Positions 7,942-17,339 of a DNA stretch of 50,417 bases are shown one piece after another. A program made the translations under genes and the position numbers. How positions within the stretch are numbered: position 1 is the first letter of the stretch; each line of letters begins with the position of its first letter. The notes under the pieces were generated by a model. That model made no database searches and had not been told where the DNA came from. It saw only the letters and a program-made list of their open reading frames with translations. This DNA is from an uncultured Dictyoglomota bacterium (lineage in GTDB: Bacteria > Dictyoglomota > Dictyoglomia > Dictyoglomales > Dictyoglomaceae), in assembly GCA_964654465.1 (NCBI GenBank), contig CAZZIO010000072.1:1-50417 (forward strand), given 5' to 3'.

Positions 7942-9861
7942 ATGAGGAAAATCCAATGGATTGTACTCCTTTTAATCTTGTTAACCTTACTAAGTAATGG
8001 GCTTCTTGCCCAGAAAAAATATAATGAATCACCCATGCTTGAATCTCTTGTAAAACAAGGAAAACTTCCACCCATAGAAAAGAGACTTCCTAAAAATCCT
8101 GTTGTAATAAAACCTTATGAAGAAATTGGACAATATGGAGGAACTTGGAGAAGAGCTTGGCTTGGACCTGGAGATAGATGGGGAATAGCAAGATTATCAA
8201 TATCAGCTGCAAACCTATTAAGATTTAGCTCCGATGGTAAAAAAGTATTACCATGGCTTGTAGATAAATACACTATATCTTCGGATGGAAGAGTATATAC
8301 TTTCCATATAAGAGAAGGAATTAAATGGTCTGATGGCACCCCATTTACAACTGATGATGTCATATTTTGGTATGAAGATATTATCTGCAATAAAGAATTA
8401 ACACCAACTATGCCAGCTCAATTTATATCTTCCAAAGGAGAGATTGCAAAATTCGAAAAAATAGATACATATACTTTTAGAATCGTATTTCCAGAACCTA
8501 AACCACTATTTATTTATGATATTCCAGCTCAGGGATGGTATATAGATAATACTTATGGTTCTCTTTCATATTACGCTCCTAAGCACTATTTAAAACAATT
8601 CCATCCTAAATATACTCCTCAAGATGAATTAGATAAGCTTGCAAAAGCTTCTGGTTTTAATAAATGGTATGATCTTTTCAAATTCAAGGCTGACTGGTTA
8701 CAAAACCCTGATCTTCCGATGACATCTCCATGGAAAGTAGTAAGTAAATCTACCAATGATCCAGTATTTATAATGGAAAGAAACCCATACTACTTTGCTA
8801 TAGATCCTCAAGGAAATCAATTGCCATATATAGATCGTATAGCACATTATTTAGTGAGTGACGCAGAAATGGTAAACATGAAGGCAGTAGCAGGAGAACT
8901 TGACATGATGGACAGACATACCAGACTTTCCAATTATACTTTATTCATGCAGAACAAGGATAAGGGAAATTATAGAATAATTCGTTGGAGATCAGCTGTA
9001 GGTGCTGATCCAGCTATATACCTAAATCAAAATGTAAAAGATCCTGTAAAGAGAAAACTTTTCCAAGATGTAAGATTTAGACAAGCCTTATCCCTTGCTA
9101 TAAACAGGGATGAAATAAACAAAATCCTTTACTTAGGACTTGGAACTCCAATGCAGGCTGCAATACCTAAGGGAGCATCCTATTACGATCCAGGATGGGA
9201 AAAAGCCTATGCTCAATACGATCCTCAAAGAGCAAGAAAACTTCTTGATCTTATGGGGCTTAAAGTTGGAAAAGATGGGTTTAGAATAGGGCCAGATGGA
9301 AAACCTATAGAATTAATAATAAGCTTTACAACATATCCTGGAAATGCCAATATTAATGTGATGGAATTAATAAAGAGCTACTGGGAAGCTATCGGAATAA
9401 AAACTATAATTAAACAAATAGACAGAAGCTTATATACCACTAATTGTAACTCTGGAGATATAGAAATTGGAGTCTGGGTTATGGATAGATGTTCTAACTT
9501 CATTCTCAGTCCTGGAAGAATTTTAGGTACTATAACCGATGGTCCTTGGGCACCTCTTTATGCTAGATGGTATTGGACAAAAGGAAAAGAAGGAGAAGAA
9601 CCAACAGGAGATATAAAGAAACTATATGATTTATGGGACGAAGTCAACCAAACCATAGATGCTAAAAAGAGAGATCAACTTATTAGGCAGATTGTAAGCC
9701 TACATAAGAAAAATATATGGATTATTGGTACTGTTGGGGCTCTCCCACAATTAGTAATAGTTAAAAATAATTTTAGAAATGTACCAGAAGATCTAATCAG
9801 TGATGCTCCTCTTTTCACTCCTCTAAATGCATTCCCAGAACAATTTTTCATAAAACAATAG
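7942..9861 (+). CDS. ABC transporter substrate-binding protein, family 5 (Opp/Dpp-like; possibly oligosaccharide-binding)
   Basis: Signal peptide; GKLPPIEKRLP, IREGIKWSDGTPFTTDDV, RNPYY, GNQLPYID, FRQALSLAINR. Confidence 0.9.
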   Translation: MRKIQWIVLLLILLTLLSNGLLAQKKYNESPMLESLVKQGKLPPIEKRLPKNPVVIKPYEEIGQYGGTWRRAWLGPGDRWGIARLSISAANLLRFSSDGKKVLPWLVDKYTISSDGRVYTFHIREGIKWSDGTPFTTDDVIFWYEDIICNKELTPTMPAQFISSKGEIAKFEKIDTYTFRIVFPEPKPLFIYDIPAQGWYIDNTYGSLSYYAPKHYLKQFHPKYTPQDELDKLAKASGFNKWYDLFKFKADWLQNPDLPMTSPWKVVSKSTNDPVFIMERNPYYFAIDPQGNQLPYIDRIAHYLVSDAEMVNMKAVAGELDMMDRHTRLSNYTLFMQNKDKGNYRIIRWRSAVGADPAIYLNQNVKDPVKRKLFQDVRFRQALSLAINRDEINKILYLGLGTPMQAAIPKGASYYDPGWEKAYAQYDPQRARKLLDLMGLKVGKDGFRIGPDGKPIELIISFTTYPGNANINVMELIKSYWEAIGIKTIIKQIDRSLYTTNCNSGDIEIGVWVMDRCSNFILSPGRILGTITDGPWAPLYARWYWTKGKEGEEPTGDIKKLYDLWDEVNQTIDAKKRDQLIRQIVSLHKKNIWIIGTVGALPQLVIVKNNFRNVPEDLISDAPLFTPLNAFPEQFFIKQ

Positions 9862-9890
9862 TATCTAAATATATAAAACTTTCATCTTGT

Positions 9891-9917
9891 AGGGGGACTA
9901 AGGTCCCCCTCTTTTTT
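9891..9917 (+). terminator. Rho-independent terminator
   Basis: AGGGGGAC-taag-GTCCCCCT followed by a T-run. Confidence 0.8.
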
Positions 9918-9956
9918 ATCTTTACTTTTCAACTCAAAAGATTTGTGTTAAAATAC

Positions 9957-9976
9957 ATTTAGATATTTATCTAAAT
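9957..9976. promoter_or_regulatory. ArsR/SmtB-type operator (9-2-9 inverted repeat) just downstream of an extended -10
   Basis: ATTTAGATA-tt-TATCTAAAT directly upstream of the ArsR gene; TGnTAAAAT at 9946-9954. Confidence 0.7.
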
Positions 9977-9993
9977 AATAGAAACATTAAAGT

Positions 9994-10278
9994 ATGAGGT
10001 TTAATCTTTTATTCAAGGCCTTGAGTGATGAGACAAGAAGAGAGATATTAAAAATACTCTCCGAAAGAGACATGACTGCAGGAGAGATTGCTGATAGATT
10101 TCAAAAATCATGGCCCACTATTTCCCACCATTTAGAGATATTAAAACAGGCAGAGCTTATTACTGATGAAAAGAGAGGAAAATATATTATCTATTCCCTA
10201 AATACCACTGTGTTTCAAGAGATTATTATTTGGTTTATGAACAATTTCATAAAGGAGGATAAAAAAACAAATGTATAG
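9994..10278 (+). CDS. sdpR: ArsR-family autorepressor, SdpR-like
   Basis: FKALSDETRREIL, MTAGEIA..F, TISHHL, YSLNTTVFQE; adjacent to SdpI. Confidence 0.85.
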   Translation: MRFNLLFKALSDETRREILKILSERDMTAGEIADRFQKSWPTISHHLEILKQAELITDEKRGKYIIYSLNTTVFQEIIIWFMNNFIKEDKKTNV

Positions 10279-10942
10279 TTTAAAAGGCTCTATAAAAAAG
10301 GATATAGCAATTATTATACTAATTACCCTTATGTTTATTATTGGAATCTTTTTCTATCCTTATTTTCCTGAAAAAATCCCAATGCATTGGAACTTTAAAG
10401 GAGAAATAGATAGATATGGCTCAAAATTTGAAGGTCTTTTTGGCATACCTTTAATGAGTCTTGGTTTCTACTTATTATTTTTAGTACTTCCTTATTTAGA
10501 TCCCAAAAAGGAAAATTATCAAAAATTCGAAAAAGTATATCAGATAATAAAATATGCCTATATCTTTTTTTTATTTACACTACAGATGGCGATCATTATA
10601 GTCACCTTAGGAGGTCCTAAAGATTTAATACCTAAAATAACACCAACATTAGTCGGACTTCTTTTCATCATATTAGGAAACTACATGCCAAGAATAAAGC
10701 CTAATTGGTTTGTAGGAATAAGAACACCTTGGACCTTATCCAACGAAGAGGTATGGAAAAAAACTCATAGATTTGGAGGATATATATTTATTATTGGTGG
10801 AATATTTATTATAATTGCCGGCTTTTTGCCTACATTTATAAATTTGATAGTTCTCATGTTATCAATACTTCTTATAGTTTTAGGTACCACTCTTTATTCC
10901 TTTATCCTTTACCAGAAATTAGAAAGAAAGGAGAAAAACTAA
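10271..10942 (+). CDS. sdpI: SdpI-family immunity membrane protein (DUF1648 + SdpI)
   Basis: PMHWNFKGEIDRY; GNYMPRIKPNWFVGIRTPWTLSNEEVWKKTHRFGG. Confidence 0.88.
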   Translation: MYSLKGSIKKDIAIIILITLMFIIGIFFYPYFPEKIPMHWNFKGEIDRYGSKFEGLFGIPLMSLGFYLLFLVLPYLDPKKENYQKFEKVYQIIKYAYIFFLFTLQMAIIIVTLGGPKDLIPKITPTLVGLLFIILGNYMPRIKPNWFVGIRTPWTLSNEEVWKKTHRFGGYIFIIGGIFIIIAGFLPTFINLIVLMLSILLIVLGTTLYSFILYQKLERKEKN

Positions 10943-10943
10943 A

Positions 10944-11147
10944 ATGGAATATTTAACTAAAAATTTTCCCTTATTATTACCTCTTATTATTATACAGATA
11001 ATCTTTCAGTTTACAGCATTAATTGATTTAATAAAGAGAAACAAAGAAGAAATAAGATGGGAAAATAAGATTCCTTGGGTAATTATAATCTTGGCCTTGG
11101 GTATACTAGGACCAATTTTATATTTTATCTTTGGGAGAAAATCATGA
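10944..11147 (+). CDS. PLDc_N-domain small membrane protein (YxlE-like)
   Basis: LLPLIIIQ...ALIDL...K..WVIIIL...ILGPILYFIFGR. Confidence 0.8.
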   Translation: MEYLTKNFPLLLPLIIIQIIFQFTALIDLIKRNKEEIRWENKIPWVIIILALGILGPILYFIFGRKS

Positions 11148-12037
11148 ATATAATTGAAACTTTTAACCTTTGTAAATATTACAAAAACAAAAAGGCATTA
11201 GATAATCTTAACTTAGAAGTGCCAGAAGGAATAATCTTTGGATACTTAGGACCAAACGGTGCAGGAAAAACAACCACTATAAGACTATTATTGAATCTCG
11301 CAAAACCAACCAAAGGTTACGCTATTATTATGGGAGAAAACATATTAAAAAGTAAAAATTATTTAAGAAAAATTGGATTTCTACCAGATGTACCAAATTT
11401 TTACAATTACTTTACAGCTAAAGAATACTTGAAAATATTAGCCGAAATATTAGGAGTAGATAAAAAAAGAGTAGATGAAGTACTCGAATTGGTTGATTTG
11501 AAAAATGAGAAAAAAAGAATTGGTACATTTTCAAGAGGTATGAAACAACGCCTTGGTATTGCTCAAACATTGCTCCATAACCCTAAACTTCTAATATTGG
11601 ATGAACCTACATCAGCCCTTGATCCACAAGGCAGAAAGGAAATCTTGGATCTTATTAAATCTCTAAAAGGTAGTAAAACCATATTTTTCTCAACACACAT
11701 TCTCTCAGATGTAGAAAAAATATGTGATAAAGTAGCTATAATAAAGGATGGAAAGCTTCTTCTTAATGAGAATGTAGAGGAACTTAAAAAGAGATATGCT
11801 AAAAGATTGATCACTATTGAAGTAGATAATAAAGATATACTATTGGAAAAACTTAAAGATAAACCTTGGGTTATAAATATTACAACTCACAATAAAAGCT
11901 TATTATTAAATATCAATAATATATCTATGGCACAGAAAGAAATTCCCAAAATTATTTCTGAGAATAACCTCTCATTAATACATTTTGAATTTCTTGAACC
12001 TACCATTGAAGACATATTCTTTGAGGTGATATCATGA
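11144..12037 (+). CDS. ABC-2 exporter ATP-binding protein (YxlF-like)
   Basis: GPNGAGKT, FSRGMKQR, LILDEP, STH; ATGA overlap with the upstream stop gives start 11144. Confidence 0.92.
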   Translation: MNIIETFNLCKYYKNKKALDNLNLEVPEGIIFGYLGPNGAGKTTTIRLLLNLAKPTKGYAIIMGENILKSKNYLRKIGFLPDVPNFYNYFTAKEYLKILAEILGVDKKRVDEVLELVDLKNEKKRIGTFSRGMKQRLGIAQTLLHNPKLLILDEPTSALDPQGRKEILDLIKSLKGSKTIFFSTHILSDVEKICDKVAIIKDGKLLLNENVEELKKRYAKRLITIEVDNKDILLEKLKDKPWVINITTHNKSLLLNINNISMAQKEIPKIISENNLSLIHFEFLEPTIEDIFFEVIS

Positions 12038-12804
12038 TATGGAAATTAATGAAAAAGGAATTAAAGGAGTTTTTAAAAACAGGAAAAATTTATGTTCTTC
12101 TTTTTTCCCTCCTATTCTTTGGAATTTCAAGTCCTATAATTGCTAAATTTACACCAGAAATTATAGAAAGTCTTGTCAAAAATCAAGAAATGCAAGGTCT
12201 CATAATACAACTTCCTCCTCCTACTTGGAAAGATGCTTTTATGCAGTTTTTCAAAAATTTAAATCAGATAGTATTTCTTATTATAGTTTTACTTTTCATT
12301 GGAAGTATCTCTGAAGAGAAAAATAAAAACACTGCAAGCATCTTTATTGCTTTAGGTATTGACAGAAAAAAATGGATACTTTCTAAATTCCTTTTTCAAA
12401 TAATAATAACCTATACCTTTCTACTAATCTCCTTTATAGCTTGTACCTATTATACATATTTCCTTTTTTCAAAATTTCCCATACAAAATTCACTTTCAGC
12501 TATGTTGCTATATTTTATCTATATCTTTTTTATTTTATCACTTATTATCTTCTCAAGCTCCTTAGGCAACAATTTCATTCAATCAGCAGGTATTTTCTTA
12601 GGAATATTTATTATTTTTAATCTTCTTTCTATATTTCCCAATATGGATCCATACAATCCTATGTCTCTCTCTTCTTTACAAAATGAATGGATCTTAAAAA
12701 GTGTAATATGGAAGGATGCATTAAAAAATATAACTTTCACCCTCATATATTCTTTCATCTTATTAATATCAGGAATAATATCTTTTGAAAGACAAGAGCT
12801 TTAA
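12034..12804 (+). CDS. ABC-2 exporter permease (YxlG-like)
   Basis: MKKELKE start, about 6 TM helices, ISEEKNKNT, ERQEL end; ATGA overlap. Confidence 0.85.
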   Translation: MIWKLMKKELKEFLKTGKIYVLLFSLLFFGISSPIIAKFTPEIIESLVKNQEMQGLIIQLPPPTWKDAFMQFFKNLNQIVFLIIVLLFIGSISEEKNKNTASIFIALGIDRKKWILSKFLFQIIITYTFLLISFIACTYYTYFLFSKFPIQNSLSAMLLYFIYIFFILSLIIFSSSLGNNFIQSAGIFLGIFIIFNLLSIFPNMDPYNPMSLSSLQNEWILKSVIWKDALKNITFTLIYSFILLISGIISFERQEL

Positions 12805-12825
12805 ATGATATAATCTATCCCGAAT

Positions 12826-13995
12826 ATGATTGTAGGATTATTTAATGATTCCTTTCCTCCAGTAATAGATGGAGTAGCTATAACAGTTAAAAATTATGCA
12901 TATTGGATAAACAAAAAACATGGTTTATCCTATGTAATTACTCCTGCATACCCTAAATATAAAGATAATGAAGAATTTGAAGTTATTAGGTACTTTTCAT
13001 TACCTCTCATATTTAGACCCCCATATAGACTCGGAATTCCTTTTTTAGACATTAATACAATAAAAAAAATTGAGAAAATTCCTTTTGACATAATACATGC
13101 CCATTCTCCTTTCTCCACAGGACTCTTAGGGTTATATATAGCAAGAAAGAAAAAAATACCCATAGTAGCTACCTTTCATACAAAATATTATGATGATTTT
13201 AAATCCGCAACAAAATCTGATCTTATAAGCAAAATAGCAGTAAAACTAATAGTAGAATTCTATAACCAAGTAGATGAGGTTTGGACAGTAAATCATTCTA
13301 CCGCAGAAACTTTAAGATCATATGGCTTCAAAAAAGATATAAAAATAATGCCTAATGGGACTGATTTTATTCCTCCTGAAAATCCTCAAGAATATAGAGA
13401 AAAAATAAATAAAATCCATAATTTAAAAGAAGACGAAATTTTATTTCTTTTTGTAGGACAAATAATAAAGCAAAAAAATATAGAGCTGTTATTGAAATCT
13501 TTCAAAATACTAAAAGACAGAGGCTATCACTTTAAAGCTATTCTTATAGGGACAGGAAAGGATGAGAAATATTTCAAAGACTTAACACATAAACTTAATC
13601 TTGATGAAATTGTAATATTTACTGGAAAAATTTTAGATCGAGAACTTCTAAAAGCATACTATGCAAGAGCAGATTTATTTACATTCCCATCCCTTTATGA
13701 TACCTCTGCGATTGTTCTTCAAGAGGCTTCAGCTATCAAATGTCCTTCCTTGGTTATTGAGAATTCAAATATAGCAGAAGAGATTATAGATGGGTATAAT
13801 GGCTTCTTATCCCAGAATGATCCATATATTTATGCTGAGAAAATCTCTCAAATAATCTCTGATAGAGAAAGATTAAAATCTGTTGGAGAGAATGCCCAAA
13901 AAACCCTTTATAAACCATGGGAAAAGATTGTTGATAAAGTAGTAGAAAGATATAAAAAGATATTAAACCTTCAAAAAGAACATATAAACTTATAG
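12826..13995 (+). CDS. GT4 glycosyltransferase (diacylglycerol glucosyltransferase-like)
   Basis: DSFPPVIDGVA, HAHSPF, TFHTKY, FVGQ, FPSLYDTSAIVLQEA. Confidence 0.85.
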   Translation: MIVGLFNDSFPPVIDGVAITVKNYAYWINKKHGLSYVITPAYPKYKDNEEFEVIRYFSLPLIFRPPYRLGIPFLDINTIKKIEKIPFDIIHAHSPFSTGLLGLYIARKKKIPIVATFHTKYYDDFKSATKSDLISKIAVKLIVEFYNQVDEVWTVNHSTAETLRSYGFKKDIKIMPNGTDFIPPENPQEYREKINKIHNLKEDEILFLFVGQIIKQKNIELLLKSFKILKDRGYHFKAILIGTGKDEKYFKDLTHKLNLDEIVIFTGKILDRELLKAYYARADLFTFPSLYDTSAIVLQEASAIKCPSLVIENSNIAEEIIDGYNGFLSQNDPYIYAEKISQIISDRERLKSVGENAQKTLYKPWEKIVDKVVERYKKILNLQKEHINL

Positions 13996-14350
13996 ACATG
14001 GGAAAATTTTTTAATTACGATTAAAAATAGAAAAAAAACTTTTTAAGAAGAAAATTTTCTACAAATAAGAGATAAAGATAATCCCCAAAATATTGTAGTA
14101 AATATTTTTTTGTATATTACTATAAAAACAAATCAAAAAATCTATTGAAATTTTTCTTATTTTTTGCTATAAAAAAACTGAAGGTAGATTAAAATTATTT
14201 TAAAGCCTAAAGTTTTATAATATACGATTTTAAATGAATATAGAAGATTTGGTATTTTTAAATAGCATGAAAAATTAGATTTTAAAATAAGGAGGTGATA
14301 ACATATCCCAAAATCGCAAGCCAAAAACTATAAATGGGGGGGTTATACCT

Positions 14351-15319
14351 ATGCGTTTAAGAACATTTATCGCTATCTCTTTATTTTTGCTTCTTCTTTT
14401 AAATATTGGAACCAGCGTAGATTATCCCAGAAGACCAGTACAGATAATTGTTCCATGGTCTGCAGGTGGAGCAACAGACGTGCTTTTCAGAGCTATAGCT
14501 TCTGTATTTCCTAAATATGCCAATGGACAGCCATTAGTAGTGAATAATATTCCCGGTGGTGGAGCAGTTCCTGGTACTATAGAGTTCCTACGAGCAAAAC
14601 CTGATGGCTATACCTTACTCTCCTTCGCAGCTCCTATACTAATAAAATCTCATATGGATCCTGTAAATTTTGATGTAAATTCTTTTGAGCCTGTAATTTT
14701 AATCGTCAATGACCCATGCTACATATTAGTAAGAAAAGACGCTCCTTGGAAAGATTTAAAAGAGTATGTAGAGTATGCAAAACAGAATCCAGGAAAAATT
14801 ACCATAGGTAACGGAGGAGCAGGTGGAGGTACACATCTTGCAGCTCTTGCCTTTGAAAGTTTTACAAAGATTAAATTAACCCATGTTCCTTTTGAAGGTG
14901 GAGGTCCTGCCGTGACTGCTTTAGTTGGCGGACATATTAACTCTTACATGGGGGCTGCTCCAGAAGGTCTTAACAATGTAGATGCTGGACAATTAAGAAT
15001 ATTAGGGGTTTTTGGAGATAAAAGACTTGATAAATATCCTGACGTACCTACTGCAAAAGAACAAGGATTCAATTTTAAATTTGGAATGTGGAGAGGAGTA
15101 GCTGTCCAGAAAGGTACCCCAAAAGAGATTGTAGATAGACTCCATACTATCTTCTTGAGATGTATGAGAGATCCAGATTTCGTAAAGAAGGCAAAAGAAC
15201 TTTCCTTAACCTTAGAATATAGAGGACCATCTTCTTTCTCAAAATTCATACAAGATTACAATGCTTATTATGAAAATCTGATTAAAACAAATAAATTAGG
15301 AACCAAATATAAATATTAA
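14351..15319 (+). CDS. tctC: Tripartite tricarboxylate transporter substrate-binding protein (Bug/TctC)
   Basis: YP.RPV.IIVPWSAGGATD, PDGYTL, HVPFEGGGPA, PDVPTAKEQG. Confidence 0.92.
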   Translation: MRLRTFIAISLFLLLLLNIGTSVDYPRRPVQIIVPWSAGGATDVLFRAIASVFPKYANGQPLVVNNIPGGGAVPGTIEFLRAKPDGYTLLSFAAPILIKSHMDPVNFDVNSFEPVILIVNDPCYILVRKDAPWKDLKEYVEYAKQNPGKITIGNGGAGGGTHLAALAFESFTKIKLTHVPFEGGGPAVTALVGGHINSYMGAAPEGLNNVDAGQLRILGVFGDKRLDKYPDVPTAKEQGFNFKFGMWRGVAVQKGTPKEIVDRLHTIFLRCMRDPDFVKKAKELSLTLEYRGPSSFSKFIQDYNAYYENLIKTNKLGTKYKY

Positions 15320-15324
15320 AAACC

Positions 15325-15353
15325 TTCCCCCTACCCTCTATGGGTAGGGGGAA
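15325..15353 (+). other. Intercistronic GC-rich hairpin after tctC (mRNA stabiliser or partial terminator)
   Basis: TTCCCCCTACCC-tctat-GGGTAGGGGGAA with only a short T tail. Confidence 0.65.
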
Positions 15354-15379
15354 TTTAAGATTTAGGAGGGTTATCTTTT

Positions 15380-15832
15380 ATGAAATTAAAAATTAGCTGG
15401 GACACCAGAATTGGATTGGGAATAATTATTTTAGGAATTTTCATTCTTATTAATTCTTTTTCACTTCCAAAATCTCCCTTAGGACTTGGAGCTGGAGATT
15501 TTCCTATGATTATATCCTATGGCCTTATCATATGTGGTCTTCTATTAGTATATCAAGGAATTAAAAAGACAGAAGAAACAGTAAAGTTATACTCTTTTAA
15601 AGATTTAAAAAAGATATTTTTATTAACTCTTCTATGTTTTTTATATGTTTATCTTGTATCCTATATAGGTTTTCTGTATCTTACACCATTTTTAATGATG
15701 GCTACACTTTATCTTTTTGGATACAAAAAATGGATATTCGGGGTAATCATTAGTATTGTATTTACAATATTAGTTTATTATGTATTTTTTAGCATATTTA
15801 AAGTACCCTTACCACTTCCAAGTTTATTTTGA
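15380..15832 (+). CDS. tctB: TTT small permease
   Basis: 4-5 TM helices; G...FP and F.VPLP motifs; lies between tctC and tctA. Confidence 0.88.
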   Translation: MKLKISWDTRIGLGIIILGIFILINSFSLPKSPLGLGAGDFPMIISYGLIICGLLLVYQGIKKTEETVKLYSFKDLKKIFLLTLLCFLYVYLVSYIGFLYLTPFLMMATLYLFGYKKWIFGVIISIVFTILVYYVFFSIFKVPLPLPSLF

Positions 15833-15849
15833 TTAGAGGTGAAAGAAAA

Positions 15850-17328
15850 ATGATTAACTATTGGTTAGAAGGCTTAAAAATTGCAATCCAACCTGGTAAT
15901 TTAATCCTTATGTTAATTGGAACAGTAGGAGGAATCATAGTTGGCGCCCTCCCAGGTGTTACATCATCTATGGGGATAATATTATTACTTCCATTTACTT
16001 ATTACTTAGATCCTAAATTAGCCCTTTTAATGTTAGCAGGAATGTATTCTGGCTCCATGTTTGGAGGTTCTATCTCAGCAATCCTTCTTGGAGTACCAGG
16101 GACTCCCTCCGCAGCAGCTACATTAATTGATGGCTATCCTTTAGGAAGACAAGGTAAGGCAGGGAAAGCTATATTTACAGCTTTAATTGCTTCTGTAAGT
16201 GGGGGCATTTTAAGTGGCATTATTTTAGCTTTATTAGCTCCTCAACTTGCAAATTTTGCCCTTAAATTTTCTCCCATAGACTATTTTGCTTTAGCAATCT
16301 TTGGATTATCAATCATTGCAAGTGTTTCTGGCAAAAATTTACTAAAAGGAATTATTTCGGGATTATTGGGTCTTTTTATCTCAACAGTAGGAATTGAAAA
16401 TATAAGAGGCTCTACAAGATTTATCTTTGGAATACCATCTCTTTCTGCTGGATTTGAACTTTTACCAGTGTTAATAGGTATTTTTGCTATAACTGAGATT
16501 ATGATGGAACTTGAGAAAGAAAAAGAGGAAATAATACCAAAACAAAAAATCTCAAACATATTTTTATCCAAAGAGGAATATAAATCTATAATAATACCTA
16601 TATTGGTTGGAGCCATAATTGGCATAGCTTTAGGCATAATTCCAGGAACAGGAGGAACTATTGCTACTTATTTAGCATATAACCAATTACGAAGTTGGTC
16701 AAGAAAAAAGGAAAAATTTGGAAAAGGGGCTATTGAAGGTATAGCTGTTGTAGAATGTGCTAACAACTCAGTAACAGGTGGAGCTTTAGTTCCTACTCTC
16801 GCTCTAGGCGTACCAGGAGATGTGGTTACTGCTGTTATGCTCGGAGCCATGATCCTTATAGGAGTTAGACCTGGACCACTTCTTTTCCAATCTACTCCTG
16901 ACCTTGTGTACTCCTTTTTTGCAGGTTGGTTTATAATTCAATTTCTTATGTTAATAACAGGATTCATATCTACTTTAATTGCTCCATACATATTAGAAGT
17001 TCCAAAGAAAATACTAATGCCAATTATATTGATATTCGCAATTATTGGGTCTTTTGCCATTAGAAATAGCTTATATGATGTTGGAGTAGCAATAGCCTTT
17101 GGACTCTTTGGATATTTCATGAGAAAACATGCCTTTCCTTCAACCCCTTTAATCTTAGGATTGATATTAGGACCTATGGCTGAGCAAAACTTAAACAGAG
17201 CACTAATCCTATCCGGAAATGATTGGACTATTATGTTTAGAAGCCCCATTTCGTTACTTCTTCTTGTATTATCAGTACTCTCAATAGTTTTTGCAGTATT
17301 TCCTACAAGAAAAGGAAGTAAAAGGTAA
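15850..17328 (+). CDS. tctA: TTT large permease
   Basis: GALPG, GGSISAILLGVPGTP, DGYPL, ECANNS, PTLALGVPG, GVRPGP; ATG 15850 after GAGGTG. Confidence 0.92.
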   Translation: MINYWLEGLKIAIQPGNLILMLIGTVGGIIVGALPGVTSSMGIILLLPFTYYLDPKLALLMLAGMYSGSMFGGSISAILLGVPGTPSAAATLIDGYPLGRQGKAGKAIFTALIASVSGGILSGIILALLAPQLANFALKFSPIDYFALAIFGLSIIASVSGKNLLKGIISGLLGLFISTVGIENIRGSTRFIFGIPSLSAGFELLPVLIGIFAITEIMMELEKEKEEIIPKQKISNIFLSKEEYKSIIIPILVGAIIGIALGIIPGTGGTIATYLAYNQLRSWSRKKEKFGKGAIEGIAVVECANNSVTGGALVPTLALGVPGDVVTAVMLGAMILIGVRPGPLLFQSTPDLVYSFFAGWFIIQFLMLITGFISTLIAPYILEVPKKILMPIILIFAIIGSFAIRNSLYDVGVAIAFGLFGYFMRKHAFPSTPLILGLILGPMAEQNLNRALILSGNDWTIMFRSPISLLLLVLSVLSIVFAVFPTRKGSKR

Positions 17329-17339
17329 GGAGGTTAAAA

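Noticed and set aside
14083-14098. NrdR-box-like sequence CCCCAAAATATTGTAG
   Set aside because: Single imperfect copy in very AT-rich DNA with no nucleotide-reduction gene adjacent
13996-14350. Long intergenic region as a riboswitch or ncRNA
   Set aside because: Extremely AT-rich with no stable stems or known aptamer motif recognised
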